Shown here in pieces: positions 8,370-17,683 of a stretch of 64,000 nucleotides of DNA. The stretch lies in the IMG/VR virus record IMGVR_UViG_3300027973_002292, positions 1 through 64,000 of that record; one strand, written 5' to 3'. Origin of the DNA: a virus. Within the stretch, counting starts at the first letter, position 1. The number at the start of each line of letters is the position of its first letter. The notes under the pieces were generated by a model. It was not told where the DNA came from. It saw nothing but the letters and a program-made list of their open reading frames with translations, and searched no databases. The position numbers were made by a program, and so were the translations under genes.

Positions 8370-10268
8370 ATGAAAAGAAAAAAACTCCAAGAAATAATTC
8401 CTTTGATGGCATCAGCTTCTACAATCTCAGATACTCCTATCTCTGCTCGTAGAAACGTAGCTGGGACCATTGAGAGAACAGAGCGTTTTCATAATATTGA
8501 ATATGGACTAACGCCATTCAAGTATTCTAATACGATTTCCAACAAAAGCTCTCTTAATGTAAGAGACGCTGTTATTCTTTGCCAGAAAGCTTACTATAAT
8601 TTTTCTTCTTTTAGAAATGTTATTGATTTGATGACAGAGTTTTCTTGCAGCCCTATCTATTTCACCGGAGGCAACAAGAAGTCTAGAGATCTTGTTACAG
8701 CTTTATTTAAAAAAATAAATATCGATAACTTTGTTGATAAATTTTTCAGAGAATACTATCGCTCTGGTAATGTTTTTATATATAGATTCGATTATAAGGT
8801 TTCCCAAGAAGATGTAAATAAAATTACTCAAGTTTTTGGAAGCGAAACTATTGCTGCTGAAACATTGCAACTTCCATCTATGTATATGGTATTGAATCCA
8901 GCAGATATTCAATATGGTGGTAATATTTCTTTCGTTGGTACTAATTATTATAAAATACTTACTGATTACGAACTAGAAAGATTGCGCCACCCAACTACCG
9001 ATGAGGATAGAGAGGTTTTGAAGAGCTTGGACGAGCAAAATAAACTAAGGCTAACTAAAAAGACATTGTCTGGCGCAGGCGCGTTTATAACCATTCCACT
9101 TAACACAGAAAAAGTTTCCGCAGTATTCTACAAAAAGCAAGACTACGAACCATTCTCTGTTCCTATGGGTTTTCCAGTTCTAGAAGATATAAACTGGAAG
9201 CAAGAGATGAAAAAGATGGACATGGCTCTTACGAGAACAACTCAGCAAGCTGTTTTGTTGATTACTATGGGCTCTGAGTTAAAGAGTGGAGCTTTAAATA
9301 TCAATCAAAAGAATATTGAGGCTATGCAAAATCTTTTCCAAAACCAATCGGTTGGAAAAGTTCTAGTTTCAGATTTTACTACCAAAGCTCAGTTTGTTAT
9401 TCCTGATATTGCTAACATTCTTGACCCAAGAAAATACGAAGTAGTAAATACAGACATCCAACAAGGATTAAATAACATTCTTGTTGGTGACGAGAAGTTC
9501 TCGGCCACTAGCATTAAAGTTAATATTTTTATGCAAAGACTTGAGCAAGGAAGGCAAGCTTTTATAAATAATTTTCTAGTCCCAGAGGTCAAGAGACTTT
9601 GTAAAAATTTAGGATTCAAAAATTTTCCTATGCCTCACTTTGAGGAGATAGATATTAGAGACTCTTCAGTTTGGCAAAGAGTTGTTGCTCAGTTAATGCA
9701 ACTAGGAGTTTTAACTGCTGAAGAAGGTATGCAAGCTATTGTTACAGGAAGGCTGCCAACACCAGATGAGTCTATAGAGTCTCAAAGAAAATACAAAGAT
9801 CTTAAAGACGAGGGGCTTTACGCCCCATTAGCTGGAAATGCTGCTGGTGGCGGAGCAACTGGAAGGCCTCCAGGATCTTCTTCTCCTCAATCATCGAAAA
9901 AAACCTCTCCTCCCGGATCTGGTAAAAAGGCTCCAGCTATAGCCAATTATTCTGTATCTAATATCTCTCAGTCTTTCAGAGAATACGAGAGCTTAACTAA
10001 TGATGTAGCCGAAGCATTAAAGAAGAAACACAAGAAAAAATCTTTAAATAAAGAACAGGTACAAGTAGCAGAAGCAATGGCAAAAGCTATCTTTATGAAT
10101 GAAGAAAAAGCAGATTGGACATCATCGATTAAATCTTATTTAGCCGGCAATACTAAATCTAACGTAGAGAAAATTAATAAGCTATCTGCGATATCAGAAG
10201 AGCATTCTGTTGATCTTTTTTCAGCAGCTATATTAAATTTTAGTCAAACATACTTAGAAAAAGTGTAA
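8370..10268 (+). CDS. Portal protein
   Basis: 632 aa between TerL and the protease; FRNVIDLMTEF, REYYRSGNVFIY, YKKQDYEPFSVP, C-terminal GRPPG low-complexity tail. Confidence 0.8.
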   Translation: MKRKKLQEIIPLMASASTISDTPISARRNVAGTIERTERFHNIEYGLTPFKYSNTISNKSSLNVRDAVILCQKAYYNFSSFRNVIDLMTEFSCSPIYFTGGNKKSRDLVTALFKKINIDNFVDKFFREYYRSGNVFIYRFDYKVSQEDVNKITQVFGSETIAAETLQLPSMYMVLNPADIQYGGNISFVGTNYYKILTDYELERLRHPTTDEDREVLKSLDEQNKLRLTKKTLSGAGAFITIPLNTEKVSAVFYKKQDYEPFSVPMGFPVLEDINWKQEMKKMDMALTRTTQQAVLLITMGSELKSGALNINQKNIEAMQNLFQNQSVGKVLVSDFTTKAQFVIPDIANILDPRKYEVVNTDIQQGLNNILVGDEKFSATSIKVNIFMQRLEQGRQAFINNFLVPEVKRLCKNLGFKNFPMPHFEEIDIRDSSVWQRVVAQLMQLGVLTAEEGMQAIVTGRLPTPDESIESQRKYKDLKDEGLYAPLAGNAAGGGATGRPPGSSSPQSSKKTSPPGSGKKAPAIANYSVSNISQSFREYESLTNDVAEALKKKHKKKSLNKEQVQVAEAMAKAIFMNEEKADWTSSIKSYLAGNTKSNVEKINKLSAISEEHSVDLFSAAILNFSQTYLEKV

Positions 10269-10269
10269 T
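10263..10269 (+). promoter_or_regulatory. GTGTAAT putative phage late promoter
   Basis: Recurrent motif; ATG at 10286. Confidence 0.6.
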
Positions 10270-10285
10270 ATTTATAGTTACTAAA

Positions 10286-10672
10286 ATGAATTTAGAAATA
10301 GAAACGAAAATTCCTAATAAAAAATCTGAATCTGCAGATTTTTACATTGACTTTTCTCTTAAATTAATGAATGCATTAAAAGAGAAAGCCCAAGAGCACA
10401 ATAAGAGTAGCGATAGGAAAATATCAGTTAGTCAAGTTATAGAGAAGTATTGCGGCGCGGCAGCTAATTACATTAAAGACGAGTCGATTGATATAAATAC
10501 TTATTCAATGGCTAAGGTTAATGAGTTCTTGGAAGGGAGAAAGGGCGAGTTTAATTTAGATAAAGCAGAAAAGGATATTAAGAAATTTGGATTAGAGTTC
10601 GATTTTGAAAATTTAAATAATTTATATTTATCCTCTTCTAGAGACAAGAACAGTAACTGGTTTGAGATTTAA
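10286..10672 (+). CDS. Hypothetical head-module protein
   Basis: 128-aa ORF between portal and protease; LKEKAQEHNK...YSMAKVNEFL resembles a helical motif seen in phage head-region proteins. Confidence 0.6.
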   Translation: MNLEIETKIPNKKSESADFYIDFSLKLMNALKEKAQEHNKSSDRKISVSQVIEKYCGAAANYIKDESIDINTYSMAKVNEFLEGRKGEFNLDKAEKDIKKFGLEFDFENLNNLYLSSSRDKNSNWFEI

Positions 10673-10674
10673 TT

Positions 10675-12111
10675 ATGAAATTTCAATATACAACAACATT
10701 TAGCTCCATTTTGAAGCCAATGGTTTCGGAGGAGAAGGACAAATATTTAGCATTAGCTTCTTTGGCGCAATTAGGAGATTTTTTGCCTAATATAAACACC
10801 GAGAAGAATGTAGATCTATTGCCGGTAGCTTTTAACGCTGCTGTAATTAATAGAGTAAACAAAAATGGAGACGTAATTGACACTGCTACAGCCTCTTCTG
10901 TTTATAAAGACTTTATTAATAAGCCAATTAATCTAGAGCACAATAGAGAAAAAATTATTGGCGTTATATTAACCGCTGGATTTAGCCAATTTGGATCTGA
11001 CACTATTCTTACCGAAGAAGAGATTGCAAATCTAAAGGGGCCATTTAATATTACTCTAGGAGGAGTTCTCTGGAGAATCGCTAACCCAACATTAGCAGAT
11101 ATGATTGAAGATTCTGGAGACTCATCAAGTGCTAATTATCAAAAAATTAGCGCTAGTTGGGAGCTAGGATTTAGTGAGTATAATTTAATAGTTATAGAGG
11201 GAGAGTCTAAAAATATAGAAGATGGATTAGAGATTTCAGACGCTTCTCAAGTAGAAGATATGAAAGCTAACCTAAGAGCTTTCGGCGGAACTGGTAAAAT
11301 TGGAAAAACAAAATCAATCTATAGAAAAGTAATTGGTAATGTTATTCCTCTTGGAATTGGGTTAACAGAAACGCCTGCTGCTGATGTAAAAGGAATAGTT
11401 TCAACGCAAAATGACTCAAAAGAAGTTAAAGCTGAAGAAATTATTTCCAAAAATGAAAATTTGAATGTAAATAACAATATAAATCAAGATACTATGAAAA
11501 TTACAAGCATCAAGGATATAACAGACGAGAACTTGAAGCAAGTTTCCGCGTCGCAGATTTCTGATCTCATTGAACAAGAGTTGAAGACTGCCTCCGAAAA
11601 ATTCGCTGCTGAAAAGAGTGCTGTCGATACAGCTCTTAAAGCCGCACAAGAACAATACAACACTCTATTAAGCTCGCAAGATGCTCTTAAGCAAGAGGTT
11701 GATTCGTTGAAGTCTGAACTACAATCTACTCAAGAAGAGATGCAGAAAGCTGCTGCTTCTGAAGCCTTTAATTCTAGAATGGCTAGTCTTGAAGCTGAGT
11801 TCGATCTAGATTCAGAGGCCAGAGAAGTCATTGCTAAAGATATTTTTAATCTTGATGATGAATCATTTGCCGCTTACAAGAATAAGATGGCGATTTTCAT
11901 GAAGAACAAAAAGAAGGGCGCTAAAGAAGAGCCCGCCAAAGAAGACGCTGAAGCTAAGGCTTCCGTAAGCGAAGTTGTCGAAGAAGTAACTGATTCAGCT
12001 AAGAAAGAAATTGTTGGAATTCCAATGACTTCTTCAGCATCAGACTCTTCGCTCTTCGATAAGTATAAAAAAGCTTTTGATTACGACGGATTCGTAGTCA
12101 CAAAAAAATAA
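10675..12111 (+). CDS. Prohead protease fused to coiled-coil scaffold
   Basis: NKNGD, KPINLEH, ISASWE and GIGLTETPAA motifs in the N half; acidic coiled-coil C half; lies upstream of the capsid genes. Confidence 0.8.
   Translation: MKFQYTTTFSSILKPMVSEEKDKYLALASLAQLGDFLPNINTEKNVDLLPVAFNAAVINRVNKNGDVIDTATASSVYKDFINKPINLEHNREKIIGVILTAGFSQFGSDTILTEEEIANLKGPFNITLGGVLWRIANPTLADMIEDSGDSSSANYQKISASWELGFSEYNLIVIEGESKNIEDGLEISDASQVEDMKANLRAFGGTGKIGKTKSIYRKVIGNVIPLGIGLTETPAADVKGIVSTQNDSKEVKAEEIISKNENLNVNNNINQDTMKITSIKDITDENLKQVSASQISDLIEQELKTASEKFAAEKSAVDTALKAAQEQYNTLLSSQDALKQEVDSLKSELQSTQEEMQKAAASEAFNSRMASLEAEFDLDSEAREVIAKDIFNLDDESFAAYKNKMAIFMKNKKKGAKEEPAKEDAEAKASVSEVVEEVTDSAKKEIVGIPMTSSASDSSLFDKYKKAFDYDGFVVTKK
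11494..12111 (+). CDS. Probable nested in-frame scaffolding protein (MKITSIKDITD...)
   Basis: In-frame ATG preceded by an intergenic-like A/T-rich stretch and an ATGTAAA variant of the late motif (11465-11471). Confidence 0.5.
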   Translation: MKITSIKDITDENLKQVSASQISDLIEQELKTASEKFAAEKSAVDTALKAAQEQYNTLLSSQDALKQEVDSLKSELQSTQEEMQKAAASEAFNSRMASLEAEFDLDSEAREVIAKDIFNLDDESFAAYKNKMAIFMKNKKKGAKEEPAKEDAEAKASVSEVVEEVTDSAKKEIVGIPMTSSASDSSLFDKYKKAFDYDGFVVTKK

Positions 12112-12136
12112 CACAACAAAAAAATAAAGGATAAAT

Positions 12137-12721
12137 ATGGCTTATCAATTAAGACCTTTTAGAGATTATGATGAACACGATGTACTAAATCTGTTCGCAT
12201 ACGACACAACAAACCTAACTGCCGGTCAAATTCAAGTCCCCAAGGGCGTTCTCGTAAAGATCGCCACTGGTTGGAAAAACTATGATTCTGGCGCTATTCT
12301 TGGTGGTGGAATTGATTTCATCGGAAGCGCTGGCACTTTGGCTCCAAATAACGTTGTTTCTCAACGCTTTGGAGTTATCGCTAAAGTAGTCGCTGCTACT
12401 ACTGGAGAAACTCCAGTTGGTATGATGCTCTATGACGTAAGAGACGTAGATGAGAATGGCGAGCTACTCAAGTATAAACCCCGCAAGGCTGCTGAGATGC
12501 AAGCTGTAATTCCTGGACAAGCTGTTCCAGTTGTTACCCGTGGAGTTTTCCTAGTTCAAGGCGTTCTTGGAACTCCTGCTGCTGGAGGAACAGCCTACGC
12601 TGGTCTAACAGGTCAAATCACCGCCTCAACCGGAACTCACCCAATTTCCAACGTTGCAATCGGTAAATTCCTAGGTGCCGCAGATACAAACGGCGAAACC
12701 CTTGTTAAATTGGCCCTATAA
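12137..12721 (+). CDS. Capsid decoration/cement protein
   Basis: 194 aa directly upstream of the MCP, strong SD (AAGGA), Gly/Ala/Val-rich beta protein ending in IGKFLG...TLVKLAL. Confidence 0.7.
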   Translation: MAYQLRPFRDYDEHDVLNLFAYDTTNLTAGQIQVPKGVLVKIATGWKNYDSGAILGGGIDFIGSAGTLAPNNVVSQRFGVIAKVVAATTGETPVGMMLYDVRDVDENGELLKYKPRKAAEMQAVIPGQAVPVVTRGVFLVQGVLGTPAAGGTAYAGLTGQITASTGTHPISNVAIGKFLGAADTNGETLVKLAL

Positions 12722-12735
12722 TATAAAGGATTAAT

Positions 12736-13872
12736 ATGAGAATTAAACTTAAAAACACACCTGAACAAGTAGAGTTGATTAAGGCTCTCGGTTCTAAAAA
12801 CAGACTAGTTGCTGCTGAGGCTGCTGAAGCTTTCGCCGCTTTTCTTGGACCTGTTATTCAAAGAGTTATTTTGCAAGCCGGTACAGCTTCACAAATCTAT
12901 ACCGATGCCCCATTCGATGAGAATGACTCTCCTAGCTATCCTCTTGATCTCTATTATCAAGAGCTAAATAACGGCTACGTTAGCGTTTGGTCACAAACTC
13001 TAGCTGGCGGTCTTCCTAGCGCTCAAGACGTTTCTGCTATTCAAGAGGTTAAGATTGCTACCTATCGTCTCGATAGCGCAGTCTCAATCAACAAGAGATA
13101 TGCTCGTCAAGCTCGTTTAGACGTAATCGCCAAGTTGGTTGAGCGTATGTCCCAAGAGGTTCTTGTTAAGCAAGAGCGCAATGCTTGGGCCGTTATGCTT
13201 AAGGCTCTCGGAGAGGCTTCAACAACTCCTCAAGGTGCCGCTGCTCTTAAGCACTACACTGAGGCTGGAACTCTTGGTCAATTCAAGCTTGATGATCTTA
13301 ACAAGCTAATGACCCGCGTTAAGAGAATTAACGAGTCATGGGCTGGTGGTACTCCTGCTGATCCATATAGCACTGGCTTGACTGATCTTTATGTTTCTCC
13401 TGAAATTAAAGAAAACATTCGCGCCTTTGCTTATAACCCATTGAACACTGTTGCTCCTGGCGGTGGCGCTGCCACTGATAGCACTGTTGGTATTGCTCTC
13501 TCAGACAACATGAGAGATGAGATCTACCGCAGCTCTGGTATGCAAGAGATCTATGGTGTAAATATCGTTGAGTTGATTGAGCTTGGTAGGTCTAAGAAGT
13601 ACAACATTCTATTCGATAACTACATCGCTAATCTTCCTGTCACTACCGGAACAGGTTTCAATCCTGGAGTTCATCAAATCTTGGTTGGTGTTGATAACAC
13701 TAAGGGAGCTTTGATCCGCCCAATTGCTACTACCTCTGAAACCGGTAGTCAATTCAATGTGCAACCAGACGATCAGTTCCTACAAAGAACCGATAAGACT
13801 GGATTCTACGGATCAATGGAAGAGGGCCGCATCTGTATTGATGCCCGTGCTCTTTCTGGTATCATTGTCTAA
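12736..13872 (+). CDS. Major capsid protein (HK97 fold expected)
   Basis: 378 aa, strong SD, biased codon usage, position after protease and decoration genes, followed by a strong terminator. Confidence 0.8.
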   Translation: MRIKLKNTPEQVELIKALGSKNRLVAAEAAEAFAAFLGPVIQRVILQAGTASQIYTDAPFDENDSPSYPLDLYYQELNNGYVSVWSQTLAGGLPSAQDVSAIQEVKIATYRLDSAVSINKRYARQARLDVIAKLVERMSQEVLVKQERNAWAVMLKALGEASTTPQGAAALKHYTEAGTLGQFKLDDLNKLMTRVKRINESWAGGTPADPYSTGLTDLYVSPEIKENIRAFAYNPLNTVAPGGGAATDSTVGIALSDNMRDEIYRSSGMQEIYGVNIVELIELGRSKKYNILFDNYIANLPVTTGTGFNPGVHQILVGVDNTKGALIRPIATTSETGSQFNVQPDDQFLQRTDKTGFYGSMEEGRICIDARALSGIIV

Positions 13873-13888
13873 TATTTAACGCAACTAT

Positions 13889-13921
13889 AAAACCCGCTGG
13901 GGAAACCTAGCGGGTTTTTTT
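13889..13921 (+). terminator. Rho-independent terminator
   Basis: AAAACCCGCTGGG-GAAA-CCTAGCGGGTTTT followed by a T run. Confidence 0.9.
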
Positions 13922-13923
13922 AT

Positions 13924-13952
13924 TTGATTTATCTAAATTATAATTTTATAAT
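13924..13952 (+). promoter_or_regulatory. sigma70-like promoter
   Basis: TTGATT (13924-13929), 17 bp, TATAAT (13947-13952); ATGs at 13955 and 13958. Confidence 0.65.
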
Positions 13953-13954
13953 TT

Positions 13955-14305
13955 ATGATGAATAAAAAGACAAAACTCAAACAACTTAATCAAATCGACG
14001 CTAAAGCCGAACCCCCAAAGGCAATGACACTTGACCAATTGTGGGGAAGTCAAGGCCTGTCGAAGTATACTGTAGACAACGCTGAAGATTACAAGTCTTA
14101 TCTTCGGTCTTTAAATAGAACAGATATTCATGCTCATGCTATTCAAGTAGGAATTTTGCCTAATGATAACATGGAAATTCTTTTCTCAAGACTAGAGAGA
14201 GAGTTCCAAAGACACATCTGTTCTTACCAAACTCCTACCCAAGTGCCTAAAAAAGAAAAGAAGGTTTCTAAAGAAATCGAGAAGATTTTATCAGAGGGTA
14301 GATAA
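13955..14305 (+). CDS. Hypothetical protein (start may be 13958)
   Basis: 116-aa ORF with its own promoter after the MCP terminator. Confidence 0.7.
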   Translation: MMNKKTKLKQLNQIDAKAEPPKAMTLDQLWGSQGLSKYTVDNAEDYKSYLRSLNRTDIHAHAIQVGILPNDNMEILFSRLEREFQRHICSYQTPTQVPKKEKKVSKEIEKILSEGR

Positions 14306-14308
14306 TTT

Positions 14309-14315
14309 GTGTAAT
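14309..14315 (+). promoter_or_regulatory. GTGTAAT putative phage late promoter
   Basis: Recurrent motif; ATG at 14323. Confidence 0.6.
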
Positions 14316-14322
14316 TCAATAG

Positions 14323-15111
14323 ATGGGAAACTTAGTTAGGATAAAACAAATTGACAAACCCGAACTTTCTGGTTACATAAAGGAGGTCGGGGATGTTAGT
14401 TATTATCTAGGCTCAAATCCATCTGGGTTTATTTCTTCAGTAGTTCAAGACGCTAGCTTTCAGCAGCTGACGGTTGATCTCTCTACCTTAAGCGGTAATT
14501 TATATACTAATTTAGCCGCTACTGGGGCTACTCTTACCTATAGCTTAAGCTCTACTGGAAATATTTTAGATGTTAAGATTAATAATTTAAGCGGTTATGT
14601 TGAAATATCTAATGTAAAAATTGCTGCTGTTTCTGGTGATGTTGATTACGCTAAGTATTTAGCTACTGGATTAGACTATTCTAGCAACGTTACTATTTCT
14701 GGAAATATTATTAGCACTAGCGGGTATGCTAGTGGTATAAGTGGGTTCTTAGACTCAAAGATATCAACAACAAGCGGAAGTTTATCTTCTAGAATCACTT
14801 CTCTAGAAGGAGTTTTTGTTGCTAGTGGCGGGAACTTTATAGATATATACTCCAACAACCAAACGGTAATAGGGGAAAAAAATTTCAACGGTAAAACTAG
14901 TTTTAAATTAATTAATATTGTGCCGGTTTCTGGAGACTACTCTAATCCTGGCGGATTAAATAATTATTTATATACACAATTCATAGATAACAATATTTTT
15001 TATGTTAGCGGATTAGGATATAGAACTGGAGATTTTTTCATAACGAAAGTTATGTATCCAAACAACGAAGAGTGTATAATCTCTTCGAATATTTATACAG
15101 GAAATTATTAA
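14323..15111 (+). CDS. Ser/Gly-rich virion fibre-like protein, paralogue of 7470
   Basis: N-terminus MGNLVRIKQIDKPELSG...YYLGSNPSGFI versus MPNLIRRKQVDQSEFSG...YYPLATNPSNFI; SG-periodic coiled coil; QTVIGEKNF fibre motif. Confidence 0.65.
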   Translation: MGNLVRIKQIDKPELSGYIKEVGDVSYYLGSNPSGFISSVVQDASFQQLTVDLSTLSGNLYTNLAATGATLTYSLSSTGNILDVKINNLSGYVEISNVKIAAVSGDVDYAKYLATGLDYSSNVTISGNIISTSGYASGISGFLDSKISTTSGSLSSRITSLEGVFVASGGNFIDIYSNNQTVIGEKNFNGKTSFKLINIVPVSGDYSNPGGLNNYLYTQFIDNNIFYVSGLGYRTGDFFITKVMYPNNEECIISSNIYTGNY

Positions 15112-15112
15112 T

Positions 15113-17680
15113 ATGTCTACAGTATATGGAACTTATGATTCTACTTCAAAAAATTGTGTTTTATTGTACGATTTTTCAGCTGGATCTTACGATGGCGAGC
15201 CAACAACTAATTTATTTTATCAACCACCGGGATTCGTTCAGTATTCTGGCACATATTATAACTCTGACTCTTATTGTGGCGGCGGAAAATATAGAACATT
15301 TATTCATACCCAAAACCCTGTTCTTTTTCCAGCAGGCTCTCAAAAGATAACTGGGTATGCAGAATTCACTAGAACAAGTGGCTCAAATGATCAAGGATCT
15401 CCTGGATATTTAACATTAAATACTAGCGGATTTTCTGATTTTTATTATTGCGACACTGCTGAGTCTAGCGCTGGAAATGCTAAAATTTTTTACGAAGGTT
15501 TTGATCTTAGCCCGTTTTCTTACGACACAGGAAGAGCATTCTTCAAGCTAGACTATTATCAAAATTTAAATAATCAAGGAACATTTTCTGATAATGCTGC
15601 TGGGGCTTATTTGGCATCTGATTCTATTTATAAATACAACTATCAATCTGGAAAATTTGAGATTAATGCAAATGTAGGAAACAAACACGGTTTTAATATT
15701 AAAATAACAAGGGGAGAAACTTACACTGTTTCTACTGACGTTTTCATTTCCACAGGACACCCAAGAACTGGATTGGTTCCTGTTCTTAGTTTAACTCCAA
15801 ATTTAACTGGAACTTTTGCTACTCTTTCTGGAGCGTATGATTGCAATCAAAAAGGAACTTGGCAAAGTATAAAGCAAAAAATATTTGTCCCGTCTGCAAT
15901 TAATACTGTATCTCCAAATCCAACTTATTATGAAGTTACAGTAGCGGCAAAAACTGCCCAACACCCTTATTTCACTTCTGGTTCAAATTACGGATTCGTA
16001 GTTGGAAATACTCAAGGTAGAACTCTTAATTTATACAAAGGAGGAACTTATGTATTTGTGCAATCTAACGATACAAATATTGATAACGAGCTATACGTAT
16101 CAACAAGCCCAGACGCTGGAGCTGGATCTAACGCTTATGCTAATGGGTTTTCTTATTATGGAAATAAAGGGTTCGATGGATATGCTGTATTTAATGTGCC
16201 GTATAATGCTCCTTCTATTCTTTATTATAATTCAAGAGCTCAATCTAGCTCTTATGTTGGTGGAAAAATAAATGTAGTTGGCGGATACAATTCAGGCAAC
16301 ACAGGCAACACTGGAAACGTAGGCTCTTCTGGATCAGCAGGAAGCGCTGGATCAAGCGGCACGGTTTTAACTTCAGAGTCTTATTCTGTTTGTTTTGATC
16401 CTACAAGAGGAGTGTTTAACTCTTCTCAAGGAAATCTAAGCGGAGGATACATTCTTTATAAGAACATGCAATTTGAGAAAAACAAAAAGATGTTCAAAGG
16501 CACAATTCATAAAAGTCAATTTACTTCTACAACTAGATCTGATCTTGCAACTTGCATTGACTTAACCGGAAGAAGCAACAATTCTAACTTTGTTAATGCT
16601 AATTACGATGCTAATGGTTATTTATTTTTTTCTAAAAGGCAAAATGTTGGAGATGGCGGATTTTTAGACATTAATCTTAAATACGATAAAGCAAAGCAAT
16701 TTTTAATTGGCAGCGCCAAAACTCAAACTTATGATTTTTGGTTTAAGCAAACTAGCATATCTAATACTAGAGCGTTTTTATTTTCGAGAGCTTCTTCTTT
16801 ATCAAATGACTTATTTATAGAAAATGAAGGCTACCCACAATTAATATATATCCAAGATAAAAGAATTTACTTCTTCTTCACTTCTTCTGTTAATAGATCT
16901 TTTGCTGGCTATTCTGCTCAGGTAATAGAACCGAATGTATTGTATAATGTTAGCGTTTCTTTGAATTTTAATGCTGTAGTTGGAGAAAAAATAAATATAT
17001 ATGTAAATGGCCAGCGAACTGCATCAACTGTTCTTTCTATCGTTGACGCTCCTGAAAATTTAAATTTTGCAAACGTGACTTCTGCTACTCAAATTGTTGG
17101 CAATTCGTCTGTTGTTTCTGAAAGAGGCTTCAATAGCAATTCGAATCAATTTTATTGCATATCTTCTTACGATAGTAATGGAGAGTCTAGAGCTTCGGAG
17201 CCGATTTCAGTTCCAACAAGCACTGTAAAAAAATCAATACAACTTTCTTGGCGCGCAGCAGAAGGAGCAATAGGATATTATATTTATAGATCCAAGTCTT
17301 CATCATTCGGGGCTTCTTCATTACTAGCTGATATAAGCAGTGGAAAAATACTCTCTTTTACTGATGAAAATTTTCCTACCAGAGCAGGAGCACCAAAACA
17401 AGTTGCTGCTTATTCTTATTTTTACGACCCTAATACTTTGAACCTTGTTGACGATTCTTCAGCTAAGGTTTGCTTTGGAGATTATCCAACTACCAATGCG
17501 GTTCCTCATTATTTTGAAGGATACATCTATCGAATTGGAATATATAATACAAGCATTAGTGATAAACAAGCTTTTAGGAATTATAATTCTTTGCTTTATA
17601 AATATGTTTCTGGAAATCCTTATTTATCTAGAGAGGTATTCAGGCCAAGAAGTGTAATCTATAAAAAGGTGCAAAATTAA
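15113..17680 (+). CDS. Multidomain virion adhesin (LamG-like scaffold with cupredoxin-like and FN3-like inserts)
   Basis: LamG-like FDFWFK, IYVNG and FEGYIYRIGIYN; FN3-like LSWRAAEGAIGYYIYRS; TLNLYKGGTYVF...APSILYY module. Confidence 0.65.
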   Translation: MSTVYGTYDSTSKNCVLLYDFSAGSYDGEPTTNLFYQPPGFVQYSGTYYNSDSYCGGGKYRTFIHTQNPVLFPAGSQKITGYAEFTRTSGSNDQGSPGYLTLNTSGFSDFYYCDTAESSAGNAKIFYEGFDLSPFSYDTGRAFFKLDYYQNLNNQGTFSDNAAGAYLASDSIYKYNYQSGKFEINANVGNKHGFNIKITRGETYTVSTDVFISTGHPRTGLVPVLSLTPNLTGTFATLSGAYDCNQKGTWQSIKQKIFVPSAINTVSPNPTYYEVTVAAKTAQHPYFTSGSNYGFVVGNTQGRTLNLYKGGTYVFVQSNDTNIDNELYVSTSPDAGAGSNAYANGFSYYGNKGFDGYAVFNVPYNAPSILYYNSRAQSSSYVGGKINVVGGYNSGNTGNTGNVGSSGSAGSAGSSGTVLTSESYSVCFDPTRGVFNSSQGNLSGGYILYKNMQFEKNKKMFKGTIHKSQFTSTTRSDLATCIDLTGRSNNSNFVNANYDANGYLFFSKRQNVGDGGFLDINLKYDKAKQFLIGSAKTQTYDFWFKQTSISNTRAFLFSRASSLSNDLFIENEGYPQLIYIQDKRIYFFFTSSVNRSFAGYSAQVIEPNVLYNVSVSLNFNAVVGEKINIYVNGQRTASTVLSIVDAPENLNFANVTSATQIVGNSSVVSERGFNSNSNQFYCISSYDSNGESRASEPISVPTSTVKKSIQLSWRAAEGAIGYYIYRSKSSSFGASSLLADISSGKILSFTDENFPTRAGAPKQVAAYSYFYDPNTLNLVDDSSAKVCFGDYPTTNAVPHYFEGYIYRIGIYNTSISDKQAFRNYNSLLYKYVSGNPYLSREVFRPRSVIYKKVQN
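17652..17658 (+). promoter_or_regulatory. GTGTAAT putative phage late promoter
   Basis: Recurrent motif; ATG at 17684. Confidence 0.55.
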
Positions 17681-17683
17681 TTT

